Source of the DNA: an uncultured Clostridia bacterium
GTDB taxonomy: Bacteria; Bacillota; Clostridia; TANB77; CAG-508
DNA: 64,000 nucleotides
Direction: 5' to 3'
Assembly (NCBI GenBank): GCA_947628835.1
Contig: CANRBL010000001.1
Span: forward strand, 1,618 to 65,617
This document shows positions 1 through 10,210 of this stretch, in pieces. The notes under the pieces were generated by a model. That model saw nothing but the letters and a program-made list of their open reading frames with translations. It did not search any database and was not told the DNA's origin. Each line of letters opens with the position of its first letter. Positions within the stretch are counted from its first letter, which is position 1. The position numbers were made by a program, and so were the translations under genes.

Positions 1-301
1 TCCTCCTTTATTTGTTCATATATATGTAATATGTAAAAAAACTACAATATAAATAAAAAATTATTTATATTAATATAAAAAATGAATATATAACTTTATA
101 TCTATATGTTAGTAATAAAAAGATAAAATTTAATTTTGAATATTTAGATTTAATTCATAAGACAAAATATATACTTGACAATACCTGAAAAAATTTATTG
201 GTTAATATGTTTATATTAAAACATATTAAATAAAAAAAATCAAGTATTTTTTTTATTTTTTTCACATATATTTAAAAAGTAATATAGGAGGGTTTGCTAT
301 T

Positions 302-535
302 ATGGAAAAAGATTTTTCAAATTGTCCTCCATTTATGTCATTTGATACTAATGATATAAATGGATTTAATGATATTTATAAAGATCCTATGTTTAATCCT
401 ATTATGCAATATGAGCAAGCATATTCATATTATAAATATCTAAATATGCAAATGGAATACAAAATAAAATGTAAAGAATATGAAAAAATTTGCACTACTT
501 CTAATAACATACAAAATAAGAGAAGTGATATTTAA
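302..535 (+). CDS. small hypothetical protein (77 aa)
   Basis: ORF with AGGAGGG RBS 9 nt upstream of ATG, followed by an intrinsic terminator; no recognisable family. Confidence 0.5.
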   Translation: MEKDFSNCPPFMSFDTNDINGFNDIYKDPMFNPIMQYEQAYSYYKYLNMQMEYKIKCKEYEKICTTSNNIQNKRSDI

Positions 536-560
536 AATTTTCACTTCTCTTATTTTTATA
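521..560 (+). terminator. rho-independent terminator
   Basis: stem AGAAGTGA/TCACTTCT (521-528 / 541-548) followed by a T-tract; overlaps the stop of the small ORF. Confidence 0.55.
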
Positions 561-600
561 CTCTAGGAAACTTTTCCGTACTAGAGAAATATGGCAAGCC

Positions 601-1398
601 TTACATTCTAATTATGTATAAAGCAATTATTGCTAATCCTAATATCACTCTATAAATTGCAAATACTTTAAAACTACCTTTTTTTAAAAATTCAAATAAA
701 AATTTTATAACAAATATTCCAACTACAAAACTAACAATAACACCTACTAACCATGGAATACTAAATACAAAATCTTTCAATTTTAATAAAGCTGCACCAA
801 ATACAATTGGTGTAGAAAGCATAAAAGAATATTTTGCTACCCCTTCTCTTGATACTCCCATCATTCTTCCAGTAGTTATTGTTATTCCTGATCTAGATAC
901 TCCTGGTATAAATGCTAATGCTTGTGATACTCCTATTAAAAATGTTTGTTTAAAATTCATATCTTCATATTCTATATCTGATTTTGCATTTTTGTCTACT
1001 ATGTACAATATTATTCCCATTACTATTAAAGCACATGCTATTACTATAACATTAGAACCTAATGACTCTCCAATAAAATGGTCTAATATAAATCCTATAA
1101 TTCCTCCTGGTATCGTTGCAAACACAATATACCAAAACATTCTTCCTTCAGGTGTTTTCTTTTTATGTATAACTTGATTATATCCACCTATTATCAATTT
1201 TATCCAATCTTTAAAAAACATTATTACTATTGCCAGTAATGTTCCCACATGTAATGCAACATCAAAACTCTCGGATATTTGCCAATTCCATATCCAAGGA
1301 ATTAAATTTAAATGTGCAGAACTTGATATTGGCAATAATTCTGTAAGTCCCTGCACTGCTCCCAATATTATTGCTTGAAATATTGTCATTGTTTCCAT
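601..1398 (-). CDS. uppP: undecaprenyl-diphosphatase
   Basis: N-terminus METMTIFQAIILGAVQGLTELLPISSSAHL and a multi-TM profile typical of UppP/BacA. Confidence 0.9.
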   Translation of the reverse strand: METMTIFQAIILGAVQGLTELLPISSSAHLNLIPWIWNWQISESFDVALHVGTLLAIVIMFFKDWIKLIIGGYNQVIHKKKTPEGRMFWYIVFATIPGGIIGFILDHFIGESLGSNVIVIACALIVMGIILYIVDKNAKSDIEYEDMNFKQTFLIGVSQALAFIPGVSRSGITITTGRMMGVSREGVAKYSFMLSTPIVFGAALLKLKDFVFSIPWLVGVIVSFVVGIFVIKFLFEFLKKGSFKVFAIYRVILGLAIIALYIIRM

Positions 1399-1415
1399 AT
1401 TTATTTCCCCCTTAA

Positions 1416-2297
1416 CTATTTTATTTCTTCCAAAATATTATATATTGTATCTTTTATAAATTCTGCAGATGTTACTGGTGCTACTTTTCCTGGTAATGCT
1501 AATGCCCACTCTAATTTTATTTGCATTTCCTTAGCCGTTTCTCTATCTATACCTCCAGGATTAGATGCCAAATCTATTAATAAACAATCTTTTCTTACAT
1601 AATTTAGACGATTTTTATCTAAAATTAATTGAGGTACGGTGTTTATTATTATATCATACTCTTTTAAGTTATTTCCTATATCATTAATATTTGTATAATT
1701 GTATCCATATGTCTTTATCCATGCTTTATCTTCAATTTTTCTTGCAGCACACGTTACGTCTACTGACAATGCTTTTAATTTATTTGCTAACACCTTACTA
1801 ATTCTACCAAATCCTAATATTAAAACTTTACTTCCATGCAATATTCTATCTGTTTTATTAATTGCAATTTCTATTGTTCCTTCTGCTGTTGCTATTGCAT
1901 TTAATACTGCAAGTTCTTCTCTTTTCATAATATCATAAAATTGAATTTTTTTATCATTTAGGATATTTGCTACATCTTGATTTATACTACCTGCAATAAA
2001 TATTTGTGATTTTAATTTTTCTATTACTTCAACTATAGAAATTTCCTGATTACTAAACGGTGCATATATATTTTTACCATCTTTTGTAAATGGAACTGGT
2101 CCAATGACAATATCTGTATTTTCATATAATTTTTCTATATTTTCTGCTTTCGTAATATTATTACTTTTTAATAATTCATTTTGTTCTAAACCCAAATTTT
2201 TTACAATATTTCCATCATTTTGTAATTGTTTTACAAGATTAACATTTCTTGCATCTCCTCCAATTATCGAAATTTTATAATTCATAAAAACCTCCAT
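1416..2297 (-). CDS. dpaA: dipicolinate synthase subunit A (SpoVFA-like)
   Basis: IIGGDARN N-terminal motif; blocks IATAEGTIEIAI...HGSKVLILGFGR and IDLASNPGG...LALPGKVAPVT align to B. subtilis DpaA. Confidence 0.75.
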   Translation of the reverse strand: MEVFMNYKISIIGGDARNVNLVKQLQNDGNIVKNLGLEQNELLKSNNITKAENIEKLYENTDIVIGPVPFTKDGKNIYAPFSNQEISIVEVIEKLKSQIFIAGSINQDVANILNDKKIQFYDIMKREELAVLNAIATAEGTIEIAINKTDRILHGSKVLILGFGRISKVLANKLKALSVDVTCAARKIEDKAWIKTYGYNYTNINDIGNNLKEYDIIINTVPQLILDKNRLNYVRKDCLLIDLASNPGGIDRETAKEMQIKLEWALALPGKVAPVTSAEFIKDTIYNILEEIK

Positions 2298-2399
2298 TAA
2301 AGCTTTAAATTTTTGTTACATTTAAACCTAGCTTTTATAAGTAATATGTATATAATTATTACAATTAATTATATACATATTACTAGCTTTTTATGATTA

Positions 2400-3626
2400 T
2401 TAATTTTCTCTTTCTTTTGGATTTACTAATTTTTGTTCTTCCTGTATTTTTGATTTCTTTAACACATTTATATCGTTATATCCTATTTTTCTCGTTATTT
2501 CAAACATTTCTTCTAAATGTTCTTTTGCTCTTATTTCTTTTTCCGTTAATTTTAATTTCTTATCCTTTTCATTTTCTATATCTAAATTAAATGGTATTGA
2601 AATTCGTGCCAAAATAGGTATAAATATTGTGTTATTTTTTACTTTTGGTACTATTTTTCTAGCATTTATATCTATTGCAGTATTTACATATTTTATTGCC
2701 ATTTGCTTATCTCCTCTTATTAATGCAATTTTTGATAATTCAAAATAACAATCTGCACTTAATTCTTCATCTTCACTTGCTTGCAAAAAATATGCTTCTG
2801 CTTCATCTAATTCTTTATATATCAATGCTATCTCTGCTAAACTGTATTTTGTATTATATATTAATGAATTAAGAGTTGCTGCTTTTTCATAACACGCTTT
2901 TGCACTTTGAAAATCATTTAACATAGTATATGCAATTGCTAAATTATATTGTAATTCATAACTTGCGGGATTATATTTTAGTCCATTCATATATACATGA
3001 ACAGCTTCTTTATATTTTTCTTGTTCTAATAATAACTCTCCTAACAACTCTGTTGCACTATTATATTCTGGCTTTTTACTCAATAAATTAGTTAACATTT
3101 GAGTTGCCTCATTTTTTTTATTTAACTGACTTAGCAATTTGGCAATAGTATAATATGAATCATAATCATTTTTTCTTATATCTATTAATTGGACATACTC
3201 ATCTATTGCTTTTCTCATTCCACCTTCACCTTCATACATTTTTGCAAGCATTTTATGTCCATAATAGCTATTTTCGTATTTAGTTACTAAATTAATAAGT
3301 ATCTTTTTCGCTTGTTTCTTTTTTCCTATTAAAAGATATATCTTTGCTTTTGCTATACTAAATACTTCTGCAAAATTTATTTTTTTCTTTTCTAAAACTA
3401 TTATAGCTAATGGTAGTATTAATGATAATATATATCTTACTATTTTTAATGCAATACTTATTTCCATACTACATAGAATTTCAATAAAACTTATTGCTAT
3501 TCCTATAGCTTCTAATATCAATACTGCTATATAAGTTGTATCATTTTTTTGTATCATTTTAAGAAATATTAGTACAAACAATGCAAAAGCTATTACTATA
3601 AATGCTAATTGTTCTAATATCATCAT
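2400..3626 (-). CDS. membrane-anchored TPR-repeat protein
   Basis: N-terminal hydrophobic helices followed by multiple TPR-like repeats (AxxYY/LG motifs). Confidence 0.55.
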   Translation of the reverse strand: MMILEQLAFIVIAFALFVLIFLKMIQKNDTTYIAVLILEAIGIAISFIEILCSMEISIALKIVRYILSLILPLAIIVLEKKKINFAEVFSIAKAKIYLLIGKKKQAKKILINLVTKYENSYYGHKMLAKMYEGEGGMRKAIDEYVQLIDIRKNDYDSYYTIAKLLSQLNKKNEATQMLTNLLSKKPEYNSATELLGELLLEQEKYKEAVHVYMNGLKYNPASYELQYNLAIAYTMLNDFQSAKACYEKAATLNSLIYNTKYSLAEIALIYKELDEAEAYFLQASEDEELSADCYFELSKIALIRGDKQMAIKYVNTAIDINARKIVPKVKNNTIFIPILARISIPFNLDIENEKDKKLKLTEKEIRAKEHLEEMFEITRKIGYNDINVLKKSKIQEEQKLVNPKEREN

Positions 3627-3642
3627 AAATTCTCCTTATATA

Positions 3643-4413
3643 TTATACACCCACTATCGAAAATCCATTATCTACATGTATTATTTCACCTGTTATTGCA
3701 GATGACATATCACTAAATAAGAAACTTGTTGCATTTCCAACTTCTATTGTTGTTACATTTTTATGTAATGGTGCTTTTTCTTCTACTATATCTAAAATTG
3801 TTCCAAAATCCTTTATTCCTTTAGCTGATAATGTTTTTATTGGTCCTGCTGATATTCCATTTATTCTATAACCATCTTTTCCTAAATCTTTTGATAAATA
3901 TCTAATACTTGCCTCTAATGCTGCTTTTGCAACTCCCATTACATTATACCCTTCTACAGCTTTTTCAGATCCAAAATATGTATAAGCAACAATGCTTGCT
4001 CCATCATTTAACATATCTAATTCTTTTGCTATTCTTGCTGTTGCAACTAATGAATATGCACTTACATCACATGCATGAGCATAACCGCTTCTTGATGTTA
4101 ATATAAAATCATTTCTTAAATCTTCTGTATTTGCATGTGCTATTGCATGCAATATTCCATCAACTTTTCCATAGTCATTTTTTATTTTCTCAAAACATTC
4201 TTTTATACTTTCATCTGAACTTGCATCACATGTAAATACTTTTGATCCAGGTATTTCTTCAATTAATGCATTTATTTTTTCTATATTTTCCATTGTACTA
4301 CAAGTAAATATAACTTGTGCTCCATTTTCATATGCTGATTGTGCTGCTCCCCAAGCTATACTCCATTTATTTCTTATCCCCATTATTACTACTTTTTTGT
4401 TTTTTAATATCAT
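3643..4413 (-). CDS. fabI: enoyl-[acyl-carrier-protein] reductase (NADH), FabI type
   Basis: MGIRNKWSIAWGAAQS N-terminus and an SDR fold with the Y..K catalytic region, typical of FabI. Confidence 0.85.
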   Translation of the reverse strand: MILKNKKVVIMGIRNKWSIAWGAAQSAYENGAQVIFTCSTMENIEKINALIEEIPGSKVFTCDASSDESIKECFEKIKNDYGKVDGILHAIAHANTEDLRNDFILTSRSGYAHACDVSAYSLVATARIAKELDMLNDGASIVAYTYFGSEKAVEGYNVMGVAKAALEASIRYLSKDLGKDGYRINGISAGPIKTLSAKGIKDFGTILDIVEEKAPLHKNVTTIEVGNATSFLFSDMSSAITGEIIHVDNGFSIVGV

Positions 4414-4547
4414 TTTTATTCCTACCTTTCTATATTTTTATTAATTTTTTATTTTATCTTATGTACCATCATTTATGTTACTATATTTATATTACTTTTT
4501 CAAAAATACTATGTATTTTTGTTAGCATATTCATTTGTAACAATTTT

Positions 4548-5339
4548 TTACATTTTTCTGAATTTTTCATACCTTTGTTCAATTAATTTTTCTTTAGGTA
4601 TTTGTTTTAATTTAATTATACTGTCATTAATATATTTTTTTAAATCATTTGAAACCTGTTCTAAATTATTTTGTGCTCCTCCTTCTGGTTCTTGTATTAT
4701 TTTATCTATAATTTTTAATTTTTTCAAGTCCTCTGCTGTAATTTTCATACTTTCTGCTGCCTCTTTACATTTACTTGAATCTTTATATAAAATACTCGCA
4801 AATCCTTCTGGAGAAAGTATTGAATATACTGCATTTTCAAGCATTACAACTTTGTCGCCTACTGCTATGGCAAGTGCACCTCCACTTGAGCCTTCTCCTA
4901 TAACTACACATATAATTGGAACTTTTAATTTTGACATTTCCATCATACTTCTTGCTATTGCTTCTCCTTGACCTCTTTCTTCTGCTCCCATTCCTGGATA
5001 CGCTCCTGGAGTGTCTATAAATGTTATTATTGGTCTATTAAATTTTTCTGCTTGTTTCATTAATCTTAATGATTTTCTATACCCTTCTGGATTTGGCATT
5101 CCAAAGTTTCTTTCCATATTTTCCTTGGCCTTTTTTCCCTTTTGTTCACCTATTACCGTTACAGCTACATTATCTAATTTGGCTATTCCTGCTACAATAG
5201 ATTTATCATCTCCATATAACCTATCTCCATGTAATTCCATAAAGTCATCAAATATACTATTTATATAATCTAGCGATTTTGGTCTTTCTGCAATTCTTGC
5301 TAAACATACTCTATCCCATGCTGTTATTTTGTTACTCAT
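4548..5339 (-). CDS. accA: acetyl-CoA carboxylase carboxyltransferase subunit alpha
   Basis: [22 protein letters not shown] ... [18 protein letters not shown], an AccA signature. Confidence 0.9.
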   Translation of the reverse strand: MSNKITAWDRVCLARIAERPKSLDYINSIFDDFMELHGDRLYGDDKSIVAGIAKLDNVAVTVIGEQKGKKAKENMERNFGMPNPEGYRKSLRLMKQAEKFNRPIITFIDTPGAYPGMGAEERGQGEAIARSMMEMSKLKVPIICVVIGEGSSGGALAIAVGDKVVMLENAVYSILSPEGFASILYKDSSKCKEAAESMKITAEDLKKLKIIDKIIQEPEGGAQNNLEQVSNDLKKYINDSIIKLKQIPKEKLIEQRYEKFRKM

Positions 5340-5364
5340 TATATAACAACCTCCTTTCTGCTTT

Positions 5365-6210
5365 TTATTTGTGCAATCTTATTATTTTTGCAATTTCACT
5401 TTTCATATTTTTTCTTTCTACTATTCTATCTATAAATCCATGTTCTAATAAAAATTCCGATTTTTGAAATCCTTCTGGTAATTTTTGTTTTATTGTTTGC
5501 TCTATTACTCTTGGCCCAGCAAATCCTATTAAGCAGTCTGGCTCTGCTAATATAATATCACCTAAACTTGCAAAACTTGCTGTAACTCCTCCTGTTGTTG
5601 GGTCTGTTAATACTGATATATATAATAGGCCCGCTTCATTATGTTTTGCTAATGCAGAAGATGTTTTTGCCATTTGCATAAGTGATACTATACCTTCTTG
5701 CATTCTTGCACCACCAGACACACAGAATATTACTAATGGTAATTTTTTTTCTATTGATAATTCTATTGCAAGTGTTATTCTTTCTCCTACAGCACTTCCC
5801 ATACTTCCCATAAGGAAATTTCCATCCATTACAGCAATTACAGCTTGTTCTCCTTCTATTTTACATATTCCACATTTTACTGCTTCTTCTATTTTTGTTT
5901 TTTCTTTTAACATTTCTACTTTTTTTAAATATCCTTCAAATTGTAATGGGTCTTTTGTTAATATTTCTTGACCAATTTCTTCAAATGTTCCTTCATCTGC
6001 AATTTGATTTATTCTTCTTCTTGATGATAGTCTAAAATGTCTTCCACAATTAGGACATACACTTAAGTTATTATGAACATCATCTTTATATAAAATTTCT
6101 TTACACTTGTCACATTTTACCCATTTTCCTATCATCATATCTGAGGCTTTTTCATTTCTATTCCTGACATTTTCCTCTTTATTGACCTTTTTTACTTTGT
6201 CTATTATCAA
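5365..6210 (-). CDS. accD: acetyl-CoA carboxylase carboxyltransferase subunit beta
   Basis: N-terminal zinc ribbon CDKC...CPNCGRHFR followed by a carboxyltransferase domain. Confidence 0.9.
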   Translation of the reverse strand: MIIDKVKKVNKEENVRNRNEKASDMMIGKWVKCDKCKEILYKDDVHNNLSVCPNCGRHFRLSSRRRINQIADEGTFEEIGQEILTKDPLQFEGYLKKVEMLKEKTKIEEAVKCGICKIEGEQAVIAVMDGNFLMGSMGSAVGERITLAIELSIEKKLPLVIFCVSGGARMQEGIVSLMQMAKTSSALAKHNEAGLLYISVLTDPTTGGVTASFASLGDIILAEPDCLIGFAGPRVIEQTIKQKLPEGFQKSEFLLEHGFIDRIVERKNMKSEIAKIIRLHK

Positions 6211-6249
6211 TTTTTTTCCTCCTTATGTTTATTTTATTACACTTTTTTG

Positions 6250-7329
6250 CTAATTATCCATACATAACTCTGCTTCTGTTACTAATTCTTGCATTAATTC
6301 ATGCACTGTAGTCATTTTATTTATTCTTGCAACATTACTTCCACAAAATATTAGGCCTTCTGTAATATTTCCCTTTACCGCATTTACCAATGCTTTAGTT
6401 ATACAATATGGACTTTCTTTTGGATTACAAGTTTTTATGCAATTATAACATTTTGTAATTTTTTGCTTATTCTCATGAACTGTTTCTATAAATTTATTTT
6501 TTATTGCCCTTCCTGGCAATCCTACTGGACTTTTTATTATCTCTATATCTTCTTCCTTTGCATTTATATATGCTTGTTTAAATTCTGGAGCTGCATCACA
6601 TTCTTCTGTTGCAACAAATCTTGTCGCCATTTGTACTCCTTTTGCTCCTAATTTTAAAAATTTTGCAATATCTTTTCCATCAAAAATTCCTCCTGCCACT
6701 ACTACTGGTATTTCTTTTCCTGTTTCTTCTTCTATTTTCTTAACTTCTTCTAAAACTTCTTTTGTTATTTCCTCTAATTTTGGTCTATTTGCTTCTTCTA
6801 ATTCCTCTTCTTTAAATCCTAAGTGTCCCCCTGCTTCTGGTCCTTCTATTACTATCATATCTGGTACATAATTATGTTTATTTATCCACATTTTTGATAT
6901 TAATTTTGCACCTCTCGCTGATGATATTATTGGTGCAATCTTTGTCTTAGTTCCTTTTACAAATTCTGGTAATTCCTTTGGTAAACCAGCTCCTGATATT
7001 ATTAAATCTATTCCTTTTTTTACACATTCTTTTACTATATCTGCATAATTACTTAATGCTACCATAATATTTACCCCTATTATACCATCTGGTGCTATTT
7101 CCCTTGCTTTATCTATTTCTTTATCTATTGCTCTTATATTTGCTCCCATTGGATTTTGTGTGAAGTCTTCTTCTTGGTATCCAATGTCTGCAGTTGATAT
7201 TATTCCTATTCCACCTTCTTTTGCTACTGAACCTGCTAATTTATGCATTGATACTCCTACTCCCATTCCTCCTTGAATAATTGGATATTTTGATATCTTC
7301 TCTCCAATTTTTAAACCTTTTAATTTCAT
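6250..7329 (-). CDS. fabK: NMO-family FMN oxidoreductase, probable enoyl-ACP reductase II (FabK-like)
   Basis: IIQGGMGVGVS motif and a TIM-barrel nitronate monooxygenase/FabK family; adjacent to accD/accA; Cys-rich C-terminal tail. Confidence 0.65.
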   Translation of the reverse strand: MKLKGLKIGEKISKYPIIQGGMGVGVSMHKLAGSVAKEGGIGIISTADIGYQEEDFTQNPMGANIRAIDKEIDKAREIAPDGIIGVNIMVALSNYADIVKECVKKGIDLIISGAGLPKELPEFVKGTKTKIAPIISSARGAKLISKMWINKHNYVPDMIVIEGPEAGGHLGFKEEELEEANRPKLEEITKEVLEEVKKIEEETGKEIPVVVAGGIFDGKDIAKFLKLGAKGVQMATRFVATEECDAAPEFKQAYINAKEEDIEIIKSPVGLPGRAIKNKFIETVHENKQKITKCYNCIKTCNPKESPYCITKALVNAVKGNITEGLIFCGSNVARINKMTTVHELMQELVTEAELCMDN

Positions 7330-7488
7330 ATCGTTCTCCTTTTTTTTCGAATTTGTTATATTATATATGCATTTTTAAAATTTTTCAAGTAGAATATGTA
7401 GTCAAATTTATATTTATACAAACACAGAAAAAGACACTAGTAAAATTCTTGATTTTTCTAATGTCTTAATAATTATTTTATTTAATCA

Positions 7489-8667
7489 TTATTGTTCCAA
7501 TAGTACGTATGGATTACTCTCTGTTCCATCTCCACCACTTACTTTTATTCCTGACTTTAACTTTACCAATGGTCTATATCCTATAGGCACATTGCCACTA
7601 CCATATGCAGAATCATAACTGAATGCTCCAACATAGCCATAATATACAATAATAATGTCATTTGAAGAATTTTTATGAGCAACTCTCCAATTACTATTAC
7701 CATAAAGATCACCTGATACACTCTTCCATAATTCAAGTGCATAACCAAGTGATTTATTAAATTGATCATATGTCGGTCCTCCAGTAGCAGATTCTGCAAA
7801 TTTGTCATTCACATAACTTGTCCAATTAGATGTATCCGTCATATAACTAACCGTTGTATCTGCATTTGTACCAACTCTCGTAGGATAAACAGCTAATTTT
7901 GTAATTATATATACTATATCTGATTCTAGATAAAAAACTCTCCAGCTACTAACTCCACCTGCACTATACTGTACATATTTTCCTTTGCCCGAACTTGTAT
8001 TTCCTAATACCTTTGCCAAATTATTAATTACATCCACTTCATATGTATTACTAATTTCACTTTCATCGTAATTTGTTATTTTACATGTTATTGTTACTTT
8101 TCCTATTTGACTCCCTGTTACTTCACATAACATTCCATTCCCTGTTACTGTTGCTTTATCTGTGTCACTACAATTCCATTTTATATCTTTATATGTTCCT
8201 CCCTCTTTACTGGCTTTTGCAGTTAATGTTATTGTACTGCCTACATCTACTAATTTTTCTCCGCTAATTTCTATTCCTTCTATATTCTTTGCATTAAATA
8301 TATTCCCATTCACCTCTATATTTCCATTATCATCCATTTTTACTTCATTCCCACTATCTGTCAATATTTTAAACTTTCCATTATCCTCTTCATATTTATC
8401 TTTATAATTAGTATCTAAAAAATTCTTTACACTAGATTGCCTTCCTTCTGTTTCACACGCTTTCTTATACATTTCATACTCGTTGCCTATACTTATAGCC
8501 TCTTCTTCTGCTTGAGCTTCTTGCGTCTTTGTCTTTGCTGTTCTTGCTCTTGATATTATTCCATTCTCTCCTCCTAATGTTGCTATTGATACTCCTGCTA
8601 ATATTAATAACACTATTATTGTGATTACTAATGCTATTAATGTTATCCCTTTATTTTTTTTCTTCAT
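7489..8667 (-). CDS. N-terminally anchored surface protein with prepilin-like leader and Big_2 Ig-like domain
   Basis: MKKKNKGITLIALVITIIVLLILAG resembles a class III (prepilin) signal but has Ala instead of Glu at +5; central Ig-like segment (VTITCKITNY...YEVDV); strong GAGGAGG RBS. Confidence 0.45.
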   Translation of the reverse strand: MKKKNKGITLIALVITIIVLLILAGVSIATLGGENGIISRARTAKTKTQEAQAEEEAISIGNEYEMYKKACETEGRQSSVKNFLDTNYKDKYEEDNGKFKILTDSGNEVKMDDNGNIEVNGNIFNAKNIEGIEISGEKLVDVGSTITLTAKASKEGGTYKDIKWNCSDTDKATVTGNGMLCEVTGSQIGKVTITCKITNYDESEISNTYEVDVINNLAKVLGNTSSGKGKYVQYSAGGVSSWRVFYLESDIVYIITKLAVYPTRVGTNADTTVSYMTDTSNWTSYVNDKFAESATGGPTYDQFNKSLGYALELWKSVSGDLYGNSNWRVAHKNSSNDIIIVYYGYVGAFSYDSAYGSGNVPIGYRPLVKLKSGIKVSGGDGTESNPYVLLEQ

Positions 8668-8699
8668 TATTTTCCTCCTCTTATATTATTTTTCAATTC

Positions 8700-8757
8700 A
8701 AAAAGCAGAAGTATTAACTTGTATCAAAAATTGACACAGTTTTACTTCTGCTTTTTT
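8700..8757. promoter_or_regulatory. large stem-loop in the leader of the 7489..8667 gene
   Basis: 13-bp perfect inverted repeat AAAAGCAGAAGTA / TACTTCTGCTTTT with a ~30-nt loop, T-runs on both sides, about 30 nt upstream of the RBS. Confidence 0.4.
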
Positions 8758-8800
8758 TCATATTTAATTTTATTTCTTTTTTATATTTACTAAACATAAT

Positions 8801-8818
8801 GTGTGTGTGTGTGTGTGT
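8801..8818. repeat. (GT)9 dinucleotide simple sequence repeat
   Basis: gtgtgtgtgtgtgtgtgt seen directly; about 135 bp upstream of the start of the surface-protein gene. Confidence 0.9.
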
Positions 8819-9024
8819 ACAGCCTCAAGGCTTTTAGCGTTTACTTTTTTCATTTGTATTTCTCCTTTCCTTCCTTATTCATTCATACTATAATAATTAT
8901 ATTCATTAGTCAAGTGTTTTTTCAATTTTGTCCTAGTAATAGTTACAAATTTTAAGTTCATTTCATATATTTACAAATTCACAAAAATGCTGTAAAATAA
9001 TATCCAAATGGAGGTTATAAGTAT

Positions 9025-9489
9025 ATGAAAACCTATACATATATTTCAAAATCGGAACAAGAAACAATGCAATTTGCATATACCCTAGCATCACACTTAA
9101 AAAAAGGTGATATAATCATATTAAATGGTGAATTAGGCGCTGGTAAAACAAAATTTACAGAAGGATTTTTATCATATTTTGGCCTAGCAGAAGAAATATC
9201 AAGTCCGACATTTACCATTGTTAATGAATACAAAGGGCAAAATATCAATATATATCACTTTGATGTATACAGATTAGAAAATAGTGATGAATTTTATGCA
9301 ATAGGTGGTGAAGAATATTTCCAAAATGGAATTTGCATAATAGAATGGGGAAACATTATACAAGATGTATTACCACAAAATTATATCGAAATAAATATAC
9401 AAAAAGATTACACTAATGATAATTTACGCAATTTCGAAATTATTACTTATGGAAAAAAATTTGATAATATAATTGAAAAAATATTATAA
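9025..9489 (+). CDS. tsaE: tRNA threonylcarbamoyladenosine biosynthesis protein TsaE
   Basis: P-loop ILNGELGAGKTKFTEG, YjeE family, ~150 aa. Confidence 0.85.
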   Translation: MKTYTYISKSEQETMQFAYTLASHLKKGDIIILNGELGAGKTKFTEGFLSYFGLAEEISSPTFTIVNEYKGQNINIYHFDVYRLENSDEFYAIGGEEYFQNGICIIEWGNIIQDVLPQNYIEINIQKDYTNDNLRNFEIITYGKKFDNIIEKIL

Positions 9490-10210
9490 TTTAAGAGGTG
9501 ATTTTTTGAAAACATTAAGTATTACTACTTCTAGCAACATATGTTCAGTTGCCATTTTAGAAGATGAAAAACTTATAAAGCAAATTACTATAAATGACGG
9601 ACATACACATTCTGAAAAACTAATGCCAATAATTCAGCAAATTTTTTTAAAAACTAATTTAAATCTTAATAATATAAATTTATTAGTGTGTGATAATGGA
9701 CCTGGCTCTTTTACTGGAATTAGAATTGGTATTGCCACAATAAAAGCATTTTCTGACAGTTTAAACATTCCTTGTATTGGAGTTAGCGCATTAGAAGCTT
9801 TATGTTATAACGTAACAACTAATAATAGTATAATATGTTCTTTAATAGATGCAAAAAATTCAAATGTATATTTTGGACTTTTTAAATTGGAAAATGGAAA
9901 ATATACTTCAATACAAAACCTGTCTGCTATAACTCTTGATAATGCTATACAAATTTTACAAAAATATAAAAATGATACAATTACATTTGTTGGTGACGGC
10001 TCAAATTCATATAAAGATATACTAAAAAAATATTTTGAAAATTCTAATATAATTACTGATAGTATAAATAGTTATTATGTTGGTTTATGTGGATACAACA
10101 AATTTCTAAATAATTTTAATGAAGAACTATTACCATTATATTTAAAAAAACCTCAAGCTGAAAGAATGTTAGAAGAAAAAATTAATACTATGAAAAAGGA
10201 TTGTGATTAG
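9473..10210 (+). CDS. tsaB: tRNA t6A biosynthesis protein TsaB
   Basis: YeaZ-like inactive Kae1 homologue N-terminus (LSITTSSNICSVAIL); gene order tsaE-tsaB-rimI. Confidence 0.85.
   Translation: MKKYYNLRGDFLKTLSITTSSNICSVAILEDEKLIKQITINDGHTHSEKLMPIIQQIFLKTNLNLNNINLLVCDNGPGSFTGIRIGIATIKAFSDSLNIPCIGVSALEALCYNVTTNNSIICSLIDAKNSNVYFGLFKLENGKYTSIQNLSAITLDNAIQILQKYKNDTITFVGDGSNSYKDILKKYFENSNIITDSINSYYVGLCGYNKFLNNFNEELLPLYLKKPQAERMLEEKINTMKKDCD

Noticed and set aside
1-20. gene start at the left edge
   Set aside because: Only an RBS-like AAAGGAGGA, as read on the minus strand, is visible. Any associated start codon lies outside the window.
992-1602. plus-strand ORFs (992-1177, 1375-1602, 1699-1938) inside the uppP and dpaA coding regions
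   Set aside because: They are antisense to well-supported genes, have no RBS, and encode low-complexity I/L/F-rich translations typical of AT-rich antisense frames. The same applies to most other short opposite-strand ORFs in the track, for example 24799-25056, 27044-27726, 54622-55173 and 57083-57370.
7489-8667. type IV pilus or competence pseudopilus operon
   Set aside because: This is a single gene with no pilB, pilC, pilD or comG neighbours in the window. The leader lacks Glu+5. It is kept as prepilin-like only.
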